Shown here piece after piece: positions 14,728 through 25,297 of a DNA stretch of 32,000 nucleotides. The stretch is from the sequence record OZ348804.1. One strand, given 5' to 3'. Position 1 is the first letter of the stretch. The number at the start of each line of letters is the position of its first letter. The position numbers were made by a program, and so were the translations under genes. The notes under the pieces are model-generated. The model worked only from the letters and a program-made list of their open reading frames with translations. It was not told the origin of the DNA and searched no databases.

Positions 14728-15630
14728 TTAAAAAATAAAAGAAAAAACCGAGATAAATGGTGGACGAATTAGATCAGTTGGCGGATTCGGTGAAACTCCT
14801 TGAAGTTGAACGCTTTTATACTCTGAGTTTACTGAAACGTCAAAAATTGGTCTCGTTTCACCAATATTAGATGAAGCAGTTTCCTTTTCAGGTTGACTTA
14901 AATTTGCATCGCTTGAAGAAAAAATTACGTCCCATGCTTTACGACACCAGTACGAAGGGGCAAGTTTAGGCTTGTCCATTTTATAAGCCGTAATTTCCAG
15001 TGCTGCAATTGTGCTTACTGGGATAATGACTTTGGCTTTGGGCGATGTGAGAAATGACGATCTTGCTGGTTGTGCATCAGCTTGTAAGCGTGCAATTTGT
15101 TCCGTTTTAGCTTTCAATTCAATGTCCTTCGAGTTCAATTCAAATTCCAGAGTTTCACAACGACTTTCTGCGGTCAAACTTCGTTTCTCAGCTGTATCGA
15201 AATGACTCTTCATTTCAGCAAGTTCACTTTTAAGGGAGTGAAACTCTGAACGTAGCGTATTGAGAGCCGCGCGTTTTTCGTTAATAGTGGTTAAATTTTG
15301 ATTACGAGCATTGTCAGACAAAGACAAATACTTACTAAATTTCTCGAAATCAAACGTTGGTAAAGTCTCATTATCTTCAAATCTGATCCCCATCATCGCA
15401 AATTGTTGCTCTGGTATCGCGAGGGTATTAGAGAGCTTCATAAATTTGTTCCCATTATGACAAAACCAAGAATTATTGTTGATCGAAGGTAACAAAGTGC
15501 GTACCTGGTCGCGTAATCTAACGTGAAGAGCTGCTGGATCCATAATAAAATTAATAGGGTAAATAGTCGGATATAAACCGAAAAATATAATAATTTTTCG
15601 GGAGTAAGCTTTTTTGGAAGGACCATGCAT
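14728..15630 (-). CDS. orphan ORF (300 aa) with a central predicted coiled coil; no family recognised
   Basis: It is the only long open frame in this interval, on the same strand as its neighbours, with a TAA stop followed by a strong hairpin. The central part, NEKRAALNTLRSEFHSLKSELAEMKSHFDTAEKRSLTAESRCETLEFELNSKDIELKAKTEQIARLQAD, has a heptad-like charged/Leu pattern. The start could be Met1 or Met30 (MDPAALHV). Confidence 0.5.
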   Translation of the reverse strand: MHGPSKKAYSRKIIIFFGLYPTIYPINFIMDPAALHVRLRDQVRTLLPSINNNSWFCHNGNKFMKLSNTLAIPEQQFAMMGIRFEDNETLPTFDFEKFSKYLSLSDNARNQNLTTINEKRAALNTLRSEFHSLKSELAEMKSHFDTAEKRSLTAESRCETLEFELNSKDIELKAKTEQIARLQADAQPARSSFLTSPKAKVIIPVSTIAALEITAYKMDKPKLAPSYWCRKAWDVIFSSSDANLSQPEKETASSNIGETRPIFDVSVNSEYKSVQLQGVSPNPPTDLIRPPFISVFSFIF

Positions 15631-15722
15631 CTTGACTCATTACGACCAATAACATTGTTGTTATCAATCTCCGGTCCATTGGAGGTTTTAATTGTTATAA
15701 AAAAAAAGAGAGTAAATAATGT

Positions 15723-15750
15723 GAGCTGCCTTAAACAAATAAGGCAGCTC
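15723..15750 (-). terminator. 3' stem-loop downstream of psbB-psbT
   Basis: gagctgcctta-aacaaa-taaggcagctc, an 11-bp perfect stem. A second repeat, atgacaa...ttgtcat, is at 15761-15787. Both lie between the psbT stop and ORF300. Confidence 0.5.
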
Positions 15751-15812
15751 ATAATAAAAAATGACAAAACAGTTAATGTGTTGTCATAAAGAGTAAACTT
15801 CTTGAAAAAATC

Positions 15813-15908
15813 TTACTTTGCAATACGTGGCGGTTCACGGAAAAAGATTGAAAAGAAAAGAATCCCAAGACACCCAACAAGTAAGAAAGTATAAACAATA
15901 GCTTCCAT
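15813..15908 (-). CDS. psbT: photosystem II protein T
   Basis: Hand translation gives [31 protein letters not shown], 31 aa, with the PsbT signature ME..VYTFLL.....I.FF.IFFREPP. It starts 17 nt downstream of psbB. Confidence 0.9.
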   Translation of the reverse strand: MEAIVYTFLLVGCLGILFFSIFFREPPRIAK

Positions 15909-15925
15909 AATATTTTTCCTCGTAA

Positions 15926-17452
15926 TTATACAGTTTGACGACGAGTTGTTACATCACCAAGCTTAGCGAATGCACCAAATTCTACCTGCTCATCTAAGTC
16001 TGGATCAATACCAGCAAATACATCTCGGAAGATTGTACGAGCTCCGTGCCAAATGTGACCGAAGAAGAAAAGGAGAGCAAAAGTTACGTGAGCAAATGTA
16101 AACCACGCACGTGGACTACTACGGAAAACTCCATCAGATTGAAGAGTTGCACGGTCAAACTCGAAAACTTCTCCAAGTTGTGCACGACGTGCATATTTCT
16201 TCACTGTTGCTGGATCAGTAAAACTTAATCCATCAAGTTCCCCACCGTAGAATGTTACACTTACACCTACTTGCTCAATACTGTACTTTGATTCTGCACG
16301 ACGGAATGGTACGTCAGCACGTACAATACCATCACTATCAATAAGAATTACAGGGAATGTTTCAAAGAAAGTTGGCATACGACGTACAAAAAGCTCACGC
16401 CCTTGCTTATCTGTGAACACTGCGTGTCCTAACCAACCTGCTGCAATTCCATCACCGTTATCCATTGGTCCTGAACGGAAAAGTCCACCTTTCGCTGGGT
16501 TATTTCCGATGTAATCATAGAACGCAAGTTTTTCAGGAATTGCTGACCATGCATCTGAAAGTGAAGCACCACCAGAAACACTCTTCTGTACACGCTTTTC
16601 AATTTCTTGTTGGAAGAATCCTTGATCCCACTGGTAACGTGTTGGACCAAAAAGTTCAATTGGTGTTGCAGCACATCCGTACCACATAGTTCCACCTACA
16701 ACAAATGCTGCCCAGAATACAGCTGCAATACTACTTGAAAGTACTGTTTCTACGTTACCCATACGTAACGCCTTATAAAGACGTTGTGGTGGACGAACAC
16801 TAAGGTGGAAAAGTCCAGCACAAATTCCAACGATTCCCGCTGCAATGTGGTGTGATGCAATACCACCTGGGTTGTAAGGATCAAATCCTTCTGCTCCCCA
16901 TGATGGTGCAACTGGCTCAACACCTCCAGTAAGTCCGTATGGATCAGATACCCAAATACCAGGACCGTAAAGACCTGTTACGTGGAAAGCTCCGAAACCA
17001 AAACAAAGTACCCCTGAAAGGAAAAGGTGAATTCCAAAAATCTTTGGAAGGTCTAATGCTGGCTGTTGTGTTCGTGGATCACGGAAAAGTTCAAGATCCC
17101 AGAATACCCAGTGCCAAATAGCAGCAAGGAAACAAAGTCCTGAAAGAATAATGTGCGATGCCGCTACTCCTTCATAACTCCAAAGTCCAGGATTGCTTAC
17201 GCTTTCTCCACTAATGCTCCATCCACCCCATGAGTTTGTAACTCCAAGGCGAGTCATGAAAGGAAGTACAAACATCCCTTGACGCCACATTGGGTTAAGA
17301 ACTGGATCTGATGGATCAAAAATTGCTAATTCGTATAAAGCCATTGAACCAGCCCAACCAGCTACAAGTGCAGTGTGCATAAGGTGCACTGCAATTAAAC
17401 GACCCGGGTCATTTAATACAACCGTGTGTACACGGTACCATGGTAATCCCAT
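15926..17452 (-). CDS. psbB: photosystem II CP47 chlorophyll apoprotein
   Basis: 508-aa ORF starting [43 protein letters not shown], full-length CP47. Confidence 0.98.
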   Translation of the reverse strand: MGLPWYRVHTVVLNDPGRLIAVHLMHTALVAGWAGSMALYELAIFDPSDPVLNPMWRQGMFVLPFMTRLGVTNSWGGWSISGESVSNPGLWSYEGVAASHIILSGLCFLAAIWHWVFWDLELFRDPRTQQPALDLPKIFGIHLFLSGVLCFGFGAFHVTGLYGPGIWVSDPYGLTGGVEPVAPSWGAEGFDPYNPGGIASHHIAAGIVGICAGLFHLSVRPPQRLYKALRMGNVETVLSSSIAAVFWAAFVVGGTMWYGCAATPIELFGPTRYQWDQGFFQQEIEKRVQKSVSGGASLSDAWSAIPEKLAFYDYIGNNPAKGGLFRSGPMDNGDGIAAGWLGHAVFTDKQGRELFVRRMPTFFETFPVILIDSDGIVRADVPFRRAESKYSIEQVGVSVTFYGGELDGLSFTDPATVKKYARRAQLGEVFEFDRATLQSDGVFRSSPRAWFTFAHVTFALLFFFGHIWHGARTIFRDVFAGIDPDLDEQVEFGAFAKLGDVTTRRQTV

Positions 17453-17505
17453 AAGCTACCTCTTTTAATATTCTAATATCAGTTATAATTGACTTTCTAT
17501 ACAAC

Positions 17506-17534
17506 AGTATAGCATAAGTTTGAAAAGGATCCAA
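17506..17534 (-). promoter_or_regulatory. candidate sigma70-type promoter for psbB
   Basis: The minus strand reads TTGGAT-17 nt-TATACT (-35 at 17534-17529, -10 at 17511-17506), about 54 nt upstream of the psbB ATG. This is a motif match only. Confidence 0.35.
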
Positions 17535-17569
17535 AACAGAAGAGATATTTTTTCAAGTAATTTTTTAAT

Positions 17570-17642
17570 TGGGGCTAAACGGACTCGAACCGCTGACATC
17601 TTCGGTGTAAACGAAGCGCTCTACCAACTGAGCTATAGCCCC
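17570..17642 (-). tRNA. trnV-UAC: tRNA-Val (anticodon UAC), no intron
   Basis: Reverse complement GGGGCTATAGCTCAGTTGGTAGAGCGCTTCG-TTTACAC-CGAAG...GGTTCGAGTCCGTTTAGCCCCA. Confidence 0.9.
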
Positions 17643-17698
17643 TTCTTTTATTATATACAGTATACACGATAAGATCCTTTTTATGCAACTGGTTAAAT

Positions 17699-17721
17699 GC
17701 CCCAAAACAAAGAATTGGGGC
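17699..17721 (-). terminator. 3' stem-loop downstream of rpl36
   Basis: gccccaa-...-ttggggc, a 7-bp stem 18 nt past the rpl36 stop. Confidence 0.4.
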
Positions 17722-17738
17722 AATCAAGGCAAAATGAA

Positions 17739-17852
17739 TTAGCCTTGACGTTGTTTGTGTTTTGGATTTACACAAATTACCATTACTCGCCCATGACGTC
17801 GGATTACGCGACATTTAGGACACATTTTTTTTACAGATGAACGAACTTTCAT
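17739..17852 (-). CDS. rpl36: 50S ribosomal protein L36
   Basis: Hand translation gives [37 protein letters not shown], 37 aa, a near-consensus L36 with the Zn-ribbon CxxC...C..H. It stands alone rather than in a ribosomal-protein cluster. Confidence 0.92.
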   Translation of the reverse strand: MKVRSSVKKMCPKCRVIRRHGRVMVICVNPKHKQRQG

Positions 17853-17932
17853 AACAGGCCTCATTTGAATTCAATTATTGAGTTTGAAACGCCACACACG
17901 TCAAAAGACGTGGAAGATCACATCATTCTCCG

Positions 17933-18005
17933 GGCGAACGACGGGGATCGAACCCGCGAGTGATGGAGTCACAGTCCATTGCCTTACCACTTGGCTACGC
18001 CCGCC
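17933..18005 (-). tRNA. trnH-GUG: tRNA-His (anticodon GUG) with encoded G-1
   Basis: Reverse complement G-GCGGGCGTAGCCAAGTGGTAAGGCAATGGA-CTGTGAC-TCCAT...GGGTTCGATCCCCGTCGTTCGCC. The extra 5' G sits opposite C73. Confidence 0.88.
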
Positions 18006-18076
18006 AGACACTTGTATATGAGGATATCAAATCTCCGAGACTCTGTCTATACACTTTCAGAGAATTTTCTATTTTT

Positions 18077-18148
18077 AGCGGGTAACGTGATTCGAACACG
18101 CAACGTCCAACTTGGAAGGATGGCACTCTACCATTGAGTTATACCCGC
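18077..18148 (-). tRNA. trnG-UCC: tRNA-Gly (anticodon UCC)
   Basis: Reverse complement GCGGGTATAACTCAATGGTAGAGTGCCATC-CTTCCAA-GTTGG...GTGTTCGAATCACGTTACCCGCT. The acceptor stem is perfect and there is one U.U mismatch in the anticodon stem. Confidence 0.82.
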
Positions 18149-18228
18149 TTATTTATATCATATCAAAAGATATGGATTTGTCTAGAGCTTCTAAAAATTT
18201 TTCTTACACTACATTCCCAAAATGCATT

Positions 18229-18564
18229 GGAATACAGGAAACATAAATAAGCCGAATTCTGTTTACGTGGTTATTTATCTGGAAATTTCATATTTGAAAT
18301 TTTCTAGCAAGTACATTATCTCAAGAAATGTGATCAAGATAATTTACCTTTTGCTCTCCATAAGGGTCTACCAAAATTTATTTTTACAAATAAACCATTA
18401 TTACACCTCCACTCCTTTGTAAAAAGAAGCAAGTTTAATTTCTGTGGCACTTTCCTCCCATTTCTGTACGTGAACTTATCACGTTATGGTACATTCTCGT
18501 GAGAGTTCGGACTTTCCTCAAGATAGTTATCTTGCAACCACTTTATGTTTCGACTGTCATATCC
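18229..18564 (-). ncRNA. rnpB: RNase P RNA (bacterial/cyanobacterial type A)
   Basis: The minus strand carries CR-I GAGGAAAGTCCGAAC (reverse complement of 18505-18519), AGGAAAGTGCCACAGAAA, GGTAGACCC...GGAGAGCAAAAGG, and CR-V ACAGAATTCGGCTTAT. P4 can form as AAG-U-CCGAA / TTCGGCTT with the conserved bulged U and compensatory changes relative to E. coli CCGGG/CCCGG. The terminal helix GAAACATAAA / TTTATGTTTC (18542-18551 with 18238-18247) closes the molecule. There is a P3-like hairpin, caagata-act-atcttg. Ends are +/-10 nt. Confidence 0.85.
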
Positions 18565-18598
18565 AGATGCAATTTTGTTAACTGGAATGTAAATGTAC

Positions 18599-18672
18599 TG
18601 GCGGGAACAGGATTTGAACCTGTGACCTTAAGATTATGAGCCTTACAAGCTACCAGACTGCTCTATCCCGCT
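18599..18672 (-). tRNA. trnfM-CAU: tRNA-Met (anticodon CAU), initiator type
   Basis: Reverse complement AGCGGGATAGAGCAGTCTGGTAGCTTGTAAGG-CTCATAA-TCTTAAGGTCACAGGTTCAAATCCTGTTCCCGCCA. The D-arm and T-arm (GGTTCAAATCC) match remembered plastid trnfM, and positions 1:72 are unpaired (A x C). Confidence 0.75.
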
Positions 18673-18737
18673 ATATGATTAGTATAGCGGAATTTATGCA
18701 TTTTTTCAGGAAAACCCTAAGACAGAAAAATCAAACA

Positions 18738-20468
18738 TTATCGACGAAGACCTCCTTTCCCCATAAGAGTTTCACGAGCTGATCGCGTTGGGAAGTTCAC
18801 ACCTTCTTCAGTCGCAAGATCATCCCCTAGCCACCAACGACGTGTTGTATTTGGTGCACGTAATTCGAGAATATCAGAGTCTACCCAACGGTCGTGTGTT
18901 GCAGGTAATGGGTCATTCGCTAAGAATCGTGTATTTAAAGCGATTGGATCTAAAAACCAAACATTTTTATTTTGCACATCATTTCGACGCGCCACATCTG
19001 TTTCATTGGCTTCTTGAATTCCAGCTGAAATTTCAGGCACATTAGGTGCGTGTACAACTGGATAGTCCCATGGGAAACTTACTTCTTGTGGTAAATCTTG
19101 GAGTTTTACAATTGAAAAGTCCATAAATTCACCTCCACGGTGAACCATTTCGTAAGTCTGGTTAAAGAAGCCAGTGGCTTGTACATCTGGATTAGTCTTA
19201 AGAGTCTTTAAGTCTTGTACAACTTCTTCAGTAATACCCATATCATCTTTTGCAAGTTTTTCGGCATCAAAATCATAATCAAATTCATAATCAATATTAA
19301 ATGGAAGATGTGGGCGCGCTTCATTATACTGTGTAGCATATTGCATACGAAGAATATCATCCATTTGAAAACGAATTGCCGTTAATTGCTCCAGCAAACT
19401 TGCTTTCATGTCTTCGTGTGTATCCCAATCCGGTTTAAACATGAAACGAAGTTTTGGATGGTGAAGCCACTTATTTAAATACGTATCTAAACCACGTTCT
19501 TCATAATATTCTACTTCAAGTTCTTTTCGCTCATTTGAAATTTCATTACGTTCAAGTCGCTCATTTAACGAATTATATTTATAAACGATATTCCACGGAC
19601 TTGTTTCATCTAATGGAAGTTTTGGATCCGTTTCAAATACTCGATTTAAATTTGCTTTACTTTGAAGTTTCCAAACTTTTACCGTACCGTTCTCAACTTC
19701 TGAATCCGCATCATCTGTGGCTTCTTCAGAAGATTCAATCCAATGTAAATCACGCTTGGGCATAATGCCTTTTGCAGGTGTTGCACCAAACATTGTATCA
19801 ACATAATATGTTGTAAAAGAATCTGGGAACAATTGAAAAAGTTGAAGGAAAAGGACAAACAGTGTTGCAATACTTAAAATTTGCACATTTCGGAGTCGAA
19901 TTGCGAAAAAATCAAGTGATGGTTCTGTAAAGTTAAGCATGCGTTCAATTGACCATGCTCCAAATGCTTTTTGTCCAAGTGGAGATAAACATGTAATATA
20001 CACAAGCCCAACCGAGAGACTTGTATATAAAAGAATAAATCCACCAAGATAAGCAAAATTATTTTCTGGAAGTGTTGTAAGAAGGGAATCCCCAAACATA
20101 AGCCCATTCGGATTACAAAGTGCAAAAAACACTCCTGTTAAAAGATAGAGGCCTGCTTCTTTACGACTTGTAAGTTGTGTTGGAAGTTCACAAGGTTTCC
20201 AACAAAGAAACATTGCATTTACGACTGCAATCATACCGCAAAGCATAAGTGCTGGTTCAAGATAATACCAAATCCAAAGAAGTTCTGTGCTACCAAAAAA
20301 AGCGACAAGTAAAAGACCTACTTGTCCAAGGAAAAGACCAGCAAAAGTTAAAAGACCTTTTGCTTGTCCTTCAAATACATAACGTTTGAGTCCAATAAAC
20401 CATGGAGTAAGTGGTGTAATTCCATAGAGTGCTCCATGGAGTAGCCCTAAGCTGAAAGAATTTTGCAT
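18738..20468 (-). CDS. ycf1: Ycf1/Tic214-like membrane protein, short form (576 aa)
   Basis: The N-terminus, FSLGLLHGALYGITPLTPWFIGLKRYVFEGQAKGLLTFAGLFLGQ, parallels the land-plant Ycf1 start ([28 protein letters not shown]....TGFITGQ). About 6 hydrophobic helices are followed by a charged, poorly conserved C-terminal part. Confidence 0.7.
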   Translation of the reverse strand: MQNSFSLGLLHGALYGITPLTPWFIGLKRYVFEGQAKGLLTFAGLFLGQVGLLLVAFFGSTELLWIWYYLEPALMLCGMIAVVNAMFLCWKPCELPTQLTSRKEAGLYLLTGVFFALCNPNGLMFGDSLLTTLPENNFAYLGGFILLYTSLSVGLVYITCLSPLGQKAFGAWSIERMLNFTEPSLDFFAIRLRNVQILSIATLFVLFLQLFQLFPDSFTTYYVDTMFGATPAKGIMPKRDLHWIESSEEATDDADSEVENGTVKVWKLQSKANLNRVFETDPKLPLDETSPWNIVYKYNSLNERLERNEISNERKELEVEYYEERGLDTYLNKWLHHPKLRFMFKPDWDTHEDMKASLLEQLTAIRFQMDDILRMQYATQYNEARPHLPFNIDYEFDYDFDAEKLAKDDMGITEEVVQDLKTLKTNPDVQATGFFNQTYEMVHRGGEFMDFSIVKLQDLPQEVSFPWDYPVVHAPNVPEISAGIQEANETDVARRNDVQNKNVWFLDPIALNTRFLANDPLPATHDRWVDSDILELRAPNTTRRWWLGDDLATEEGVNFPTRSARETLMGKGGLRR

Positions 20469-20648
20469 AGTTTGTTATTTGCTGTCCTTATGTTTGATAT
20501 ACGTTGATATTTCACTTGTGGTTAAGATAGACATACCGAACGATAGAGATTGCAAAATCTACTTTTTGCGTTTGTTTTTATTATACAGTAACACGTCTCA
20601 TTTCGTCAGTCTATATCTTATATTTTCATGGAATGTCCATGTTTTGTT

Positions 20649-20672
20649 GGTTGTAGGTTTTATCCTACAACC
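20649..20672 (-). terminator. 3' stem-loop downstream of rpl32
   Basis: ggttgtagg-ttttat-cctacaacc, a 9-bp perfect stem 9 nt past the rpl32 stop. Confidence 0.45.
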
Positions 20673-20680
20673 ATGGTTTG

Positions 20681-20899
20681 TTATTCTTTTGTTTCTGTTG
20701 AATTTCCAAAACCTTGTACATTTTCGTTTAATACTCCCGCAACTGGTGAAGGCGGGTAATAAAATCCTTTTGCGTTACGTGTTGTTAACGACTTACCTAA
20801 TGATAAAGCATTACGTGCTGCATCAATTGCTTTGCGTTGCCAATGAGACTTACGCATTGCGGATTTTGCTCGTGACATTCGTCGTTTTGGTACTGCCAT
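20681..20899 (-). CDS. rpl32: 50S ribosomal protein L32
   Basis: 72-aa ORF starting MAVPKRRMSRAKSAMRKSHW, the canonical L32 N-terminus. Confidence 0.9.
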   Translation of the reverse strand: MAVPKRRMSRAKSAMRKSHWQRKAIDAARNALSLGKSLTTRNAKGFYYPPSPVAGVLNENVQGFGNSTETKE

Positions 20900-21051
20900 A
20901 AAAGTATGTGTGTAGATAAAAACTATAATTCTATTATAGGGACCTTTTTATGCTTTGTCTAGAAACTTTTATTTGATAAGATATTTATTTAGTATCGAGG
21001 CATTTAATTGCCGTTTATTAGATATATAGTATATAATTATTTCTTTTTTTT

Positions 21052-21654
21052 ATGCCAATTGGAGTACCAAAAGTTGCTTACCGTTTACCAGGTGAAGCAG
21101 TCCCACAATGGGTTGATTTATATAATCGTTTATACCGTGAACGTGTATTATTCCTTGGTTCTGCGCTTGATGATGAGCTTGCAAACCAATTAAATGGTAT
21201 TATGCTTTATTTAAGTGCAGAAGATTCAAACCGACGTTTATTTCTTTACATTAACTCTCCTGGAGGATCTGTAACAGCTGGTCTTTCAGTGTTTGATATT
21301 ATGAATTATGTAGATGCGTCTGTAACAACTATTGGTATTGGATTTGCTGCATCTATGGCTTCTTTTATTTTAGCGGGTGGAGAGCGTGGAAGTCGTATTG
21401 CATTACCACATTGTCGAATCATGGTTCACCAACCACAAGGTGGTATGGAAGGACAAGCTTCTGAAATTGTTCTTGAAAAAGAAGAGATTATTCGTTTACG
21501 TAAATTAATCGGTCGACTTTATGTAGATTTAACAGGACAATCTGCTGCAACAGTTGCACGTGATCTTGATCGTGATAAATATCTTTCTGCACGTGAAGCA
21601 CGTGAGTATGGGCTTGTTGATCTTGTTGCATCAAATGATAACAATAATGTTTAA
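21052..21654 (+). CDS. clpP: ATP-dependent Clp protease proteolytic subunit
   Basis: 200-aa ORF starting [15 protein letters not shown]...[10 protein letters not shown]. The catalytic Ser (GFAASMAS), His (MVHQP) and Asp (RDLDRD) are present. There is no insertion or intron. Confidence 0.96.
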   Translation: MPIGVPKVAYRLPGEAVPQWVDLYNRLYRERVLFLGSALDDELANQLNGIMLYLSAEDSNRRLFLYINSPGGSVTAGLSVFDIMNYVDASVTTIGIGFAASMASFILAGGERGSRIALPHCRIMVHQPQGGMEGQASEIVLEKEEIIRLRKLIGRLYVDLTGQSAATVARDLDRDKYLSAREAREYGLVDLVASNDNNNV

Positions 21655-21660
21655 TATTTA

Positions 21661-21700
21661 AATAATTTAGGTGGTAGTTTATTTTATCACCTAAATTATT
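21661..21700 (+). terminator. 3' stem-loop downstream of clpP
   Basis: aataatttaggtg-14 nt-cacctaaattatt, a 13-bp perfect stem starting 7 nt after the clpP stop. Confidence 0.5.
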
Positions 21701-21734
21701 CTTCAAAATAATGTCTATAGACTTATATATGGGT

Positions 21735-21756
21735 TACGGGCCTAAATAGGCCCGTA
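21735..21756 (-). terminator. 3' stem-loop downstream of atpE
   Basis: tacgggcc-taaata-ggcccgta, an 8-bp perfect stem 23 nt past the atpE stop. Confidence 0.5.
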
Positions 21757-21778
21757 GATCTAAATCTTTATTTCAAGA

Positions 21779-22207
21779 TTATCCACCAAATACTGGTGCA
21801 CCACCTGCTGAGTTTTTCCACATTGTGTGTGCCTCAATACGTGCGCGTTCGCGGTCAAACGTAAGTTGGTTTTCAATATAGATTTTACGAGATTCAGCTT
21901 TTTCCATACCAGTGCGAGCTTCTGCTACACGGCGTTCTGCTTCATCTACATCAATTTCAGCTGCATCTTCAATATCACGGCAGAGAATGTTTACACGATT
22001 CTCTTTAATTACACCAAACCCTCCAAGGAGAGCAAGAATTTTCCATGATGTTCCTTGGCGAAGTGCAAGTACACCGTTGTCTAATCCTGTTACGAGTGGT
22101 GCGTGTTCTTGAAGGATACCGATGTACCCTGTACTTGTTGGAAGAAGTAACTCTTCAGCATCTTCCTTAAAAAAAATTCGATCCGGTTTTACAATACAAA
22201 CTTCCAT
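21779..22207 (-). CDS. atpE: ATP synthase CF1 epsilon subunit
   Basis: 142-aa ORF, MEVCIVKPDRIFFKEDAEELLLPTSTGYIGILQEHAPLVTGLDNGVL, with the typical epsilon beta-sandwich plus helical C-terminus. It lies downstream of atpB. Confidence 0.93.
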   Translation of the reverse strand: MEVCIVKPDRIFFKEDAEELLLPTSTGYIGILQEHAPLVTGLDNGVLALRQGTSWKILALLGGFGVIKENRVNILCRDIEDAAEIDVDEAERRVAEARTGMEKAESRKIYIENQLTFDRERARIEAHTMWKNSAGGAPVFGG

Positions 22208-22259
22208 GTTTTACCTCTGTTTTTCTTCAGTTCTTTTGAATAGTTCAAAAGAGAGAGTT

Positions 22260-22305
22260 CTGGTCAAGGAAAACAAGTTTCTTTAAACTTGGAAACCTTG
22301 ACCAG
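22260..22305 (-). terminator. nested long stem-loop in the atpB-atpE spacer
   Basis: The outer stem is ctggtcaagg/ccttgaccag (10 bp) and the inner stem is caagttt/aaacttg (7 bp). Further hairpins are aattaagttt-tcaag-aaacttaatt (22334-22358) and cttttgaa-tag-ttcaaaag (22233-22251). Confidence 0.45.
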
Positions 22306-22366
22306 GATTTTGTTTTACTGACTCGTAAGACTTAATTAAGTTTTCAAGAAACTTAATTTTAATTGA

Positions 22367-23854
<1,488 letters not shown>

Positions 23855-23991
23855 TTAGGACTATAGTTAATAATTAATACAATTTCTTTTAAATATAGAA
23901 ATGTATTTAAAGAGCTCACGGGCTAGTGTATGGCAATGTTTAAGTTTAAACATAGCTATATAATGATCAAATAAATGTGATCAAAGAGTGT

Positions 23992-24019
23992 TTCTGTGGT
24001 TCATTTATGAACCACAGAA
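23992..24019 (-). terminator. 3' stem-loop downstream of psaC
   Basis: ttctgtggttca-ttta-tgaaccacagaa, a 12-bp perfect stem 4 nt past the psaC stop. Confidence 0.55.
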
Positions 24020-24023
24020 AAAG

Positions 24024-24305
<282 letters not shown>

Positions 24306-24411
24306 TTAAACGGGATGAGTATAAAGGGATCATCTCGTAGTTAGGATTCTACCATATTTAGGTATGATTCGTATAGTTTCTTAGTTGAGACTTTGAAATT
24401 TTAAATAGTTT

Positions 24412-24483
24412 TGGGTCAGGTGGGATTCGAACCCACGGCTAATCGGTTAAAAGCCGAATACTCTACCACTGAGTTACTGACCC
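24412..24483 (-). tRNA. trnK-UUU: tRNA-Lys (anticodon UUU), no intron and no matK
   Basis: Reverse complement GGGTCAGTAACTCAGTGGTAGAGTATTCGG-CTTTTAA-CCGAT...GGGTTCGAATCCCACCTGACCCA. Confidence 0.88.
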
Positions 24484-24560
24484 GTTTGTCTAAATTTATG
24501 GTAATTGGTTTATGTAGAGAATACAAGCTTCTTTCTTAGAGCTCTTTTGATTATTTTTTT

Positions 24561-24592
24561 ATTGTTTGCGTAGATTTTACTACGCAAACAAT
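24561..24592 (-). terminator. 3' stem-loop downstream of petB
   Basis: attgtttgcgtag-atttta-ctacgcaaacaat, a 13-bp perfect stem 37 nt past the petB stop. Confidence 0.55.
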
Positions 24593-24628
24593 TCGGTTTT
24601 AAATTAAACAAATAATTATTTGTTCAAT

Positions 24629-25297
<669 letters not shown>

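Noticed and set aside
15438-15767. Minus-strand 109-aa ORF overlapping the 5' end of ORF300 in another frame. It could be read as a frameshifted N-terminal extension.
   Set aside because: It starts inside the psbT 3' hairpin region, is Phe/Leu/Ile-rich like translated AT-rich spacer, and I see no similarity that would justify invoking a frameshift.
17575-17814. Minus-strand 79-aa ORF.
   Set aside because: It runs through trnV-UAC and overlaps rpl36 out of frame. The real genes explain the sequence.
18222-18422. Plus-strand 66-aa ORF.
   Set aside because: It is antisense to the region that carries all the RNase P RNA conserved blocks. The peptide is low-complexity and has no start context.
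20479-20901. Plus-strand 140-aa hydrophobic ORF.
   Set aside because: It is antisense to rpl32 and to the T-rich spacer. It is a chance ORF in AT-skewed DNA.
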